Assembly: GCF_988242995.1 (NCBI RefSeq)
Contig: NZ_OZ547043.1
Reading direction: 5' to 3' (one strand)
DNA: 64,000 nucleotides
The translations under genes were made by a program, and so were the position numbers. Shown here in pieces: positions 62,629-64,000 of the stretch. Each line of letters begins with the position of its first letter. Positions within the stretch are counted from its first letter, which is position 1. The notes under the pieces were generated by a model that ran no database searches, was not told the DNA's origin, and was given only the letters and a program-made list of their open reading frames with translations.

Positions 62629-62952
62629 CTACTGACGATTCGGGCAATGCAGGCGGGTCATCTCGCCTTCTCTGCCCCCGGGTGAAACTAGCGTAACGCT
62701 GATGCTGACACATCCCGCCTGCGATGTCTGCATTCGGTTGACCTGCCAGTTAGCAGGTGGCGAAATCGCGTGCAGTTGCGTTTGCTGCCAGCCATGCCGC
62801 CAGAGCTGTTGGTACTGGTTTCTGCTGGCAAGACTGTTCATTAATGTTCGCTGGAAACCCGATAACGCAGTGACAATCATCACCATCAACACCATCGCCA
62901 ACATTACCTCCGGCAGACTAAAGCCTTGTTGATTCTTCAGGGAAGCTGACAT
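62629..62952 (-). CDS. ppdC: Prepilin-like protein (cryptic type IV pseudopilin operon)
   Basis: Start taken at [25 protein letters not shown] (prepilin leader plus hydrophobic helix). Confidence 0.7.
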   Translation of the reverse strand: MSASLKNQQGFSLPEVMLAMVLMVMIVTALSGFQRTLMNSLASRNQYQQLWRHGWQQTQLHAISPPANWQVNRMQTSQAGCVSISVTLVSPGGREGEMTRLHCPNRQ

Positions 62953-63344
62953 AACGCCCTCTCTTTCAGCGGACAAAAATCGCTCCAGCCGCGTGGCGAA
63001 AAAACAATGTTTCCATCGATGACTTCGCCTGTTCGCCACAACGAAACGCCTTCATAACCGGCAATCAATAAGGCTTCATTATCTGCCAATAAACGCAGAC
63101 AAACCCGGGCACCGGTGGCAGCGTACAGTAAGCACTGAACTGCGGGCTGCGTCTGCCAGGAGTGCATTTTTCCCCACTCCAGCGCCGACTGAACGATGGC
63201 CTGGCGGCGCAATGACTGACTTTCCATGCTCACGCGAGAGGCAAAACTGCGATCCTGTTGGCTCATTCCTTGTAATAGCAAGCTACCCAAAACCAGCAGC
63301 ATAAGGACCAGAGCCAGTGACGAAACACCCTTTTCGCGGTTCAC
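62937..63344 (-). CDS. ygdB: Uncharacterised protein of the ppd cluster
   Basis: 135-aa ORF with N-terminal hydrophobic segment. Confidence 0.7.
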   Translation of the reverse strand: MNREKGVSSLALVLMLLVLGSLLLQGMSQQDRSFASRVSMESQSLRRQAIVQSALEWGKMHSWQTQPAVQCLLYAATGARVCLRLLADNEALLIAGYEGVSLWRTGEVIDGNIVFSPRGWSDFCPLKERALCQLP

Positions 63345-63904
63345 AGGTTGGATCCTGCCACGCTATAGCTGGCATCCACCACGGTTTGCGGATCAGCCTT
63401 GCTGGCAGCGTGCATATTAACCGTCAACACCGGCGAGAAACCGCTGACCTCCTGTCGGGTAACCTGAAAAGTGTCGATAATGATGGCATCCGGATTAGTG
63501 ACTTTATCCCAGCCCTTACCTTCACAGGATGTCGCACCGCGTAGCGTTTCCAGCACATGCTCCTTCAGACGAAATCCAATCTGGTCGGACTCTTTTACCG
63601 GTTCGCGATCCCAGATACCGTTACTGTTCGCATCCCACTGCACAATGATACAGTCACCCTGTCCGACAATTTCCAGCCCTTCGCCGGTACAGATGCCATG
63701 ACAATAACCCGCCCTCTGGAGATGCTTCGCGACGGTAAATACCCGCAGCCAGATTTCATCTTCCAGCGCTAGCTTACGGGTGCTCGTTAAACTGTCACGC
63801 TGTAACGCAGGCAGAAAGCGTGCAGCCCCCAGCAACAATACGCTACTGATCGCCATAGCAATCAACACTTCCAGCAGAGAAAAACCTTGCTCTTTTACAG
63901 GCAT
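63341..63904 (-). CDS. ppdB: Prepilin-like protein
   Basis: Start taken at [26 protein letters not shown] (prepilin peptidase-type N-terminus). Confidence 0.75.
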
Positions 63905-64000
63905 CCTTCTGTTTCTCCTTGCTGACAAAGCCGGAGTCTTCCCCACGGCGAAACCACCAGCCACCACTCGCCCGTTGAGTTTTTGAAGCGAATATGCCCG
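63895..64000 (-). CDS. ppdA: C-terminal fragment of a prepilin-like gene running off the window end
   Basis: Inferred from K-12 gene order only; an open minus-strand frame reaches the window edge, but frame and stop position are uncertain. Confidence 0.3.

Overview
This window reads as ordinary Escherichia coli core chromosome, collinear with the K-12 ygcU-to-ppdA interval (gene identities are from my recognition of the translated ORFs and RNA sequences, not from a database search). I found no mobile elements, prophage genes or cas genes, and no convincing novel system. On the + strand order the content is: ygcU' / ygcW / yqcE / ygcE, two CRISPR loci with type I-E repeats, queE, ygcG, eno, pyrG, mazG, relA, rlmD, barA, gudDXP, yqcA, truC, yqcC, csrB sRNA, syd, queF, ppnN, sdaCB, xni, the fucose regulon (fucAO / fucPIKUR), rlmM, ygdD, gcvA, gcvB sRNA, ygdI, csdA-csdE, tcdA, mltA, three tandem initiator tRNA-fMet genes, amiC, argA, recD-recB-ptrA-recC, ppdC-ygdB-ppdB and the start of ppdA. 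The most notable points are: (1) an intact 9-repeat/8-spacer type I-E CRISPR array with its AT-rich leader, plus a degenerate second array, both far from any cas gene in this window; (2) relA and mazG are separated by only 95 bp, so the mazEF toxin-antitoxin pair that sits there in K-12 is absent; (3) a perfect CRP consensus site and an attenuator-like hairpin in the divergent control region of the uncharacterised ygcW / yqcE-ygcE catabolic cluster; (4) a perfect 20-bp tandem duplication and a long inverted repeat between gudP and yqcA. Several ORF-track starts are 5'-extended and I have moved them to internal starts that have a Shine-Dalgarno sequence or match the known protein length.
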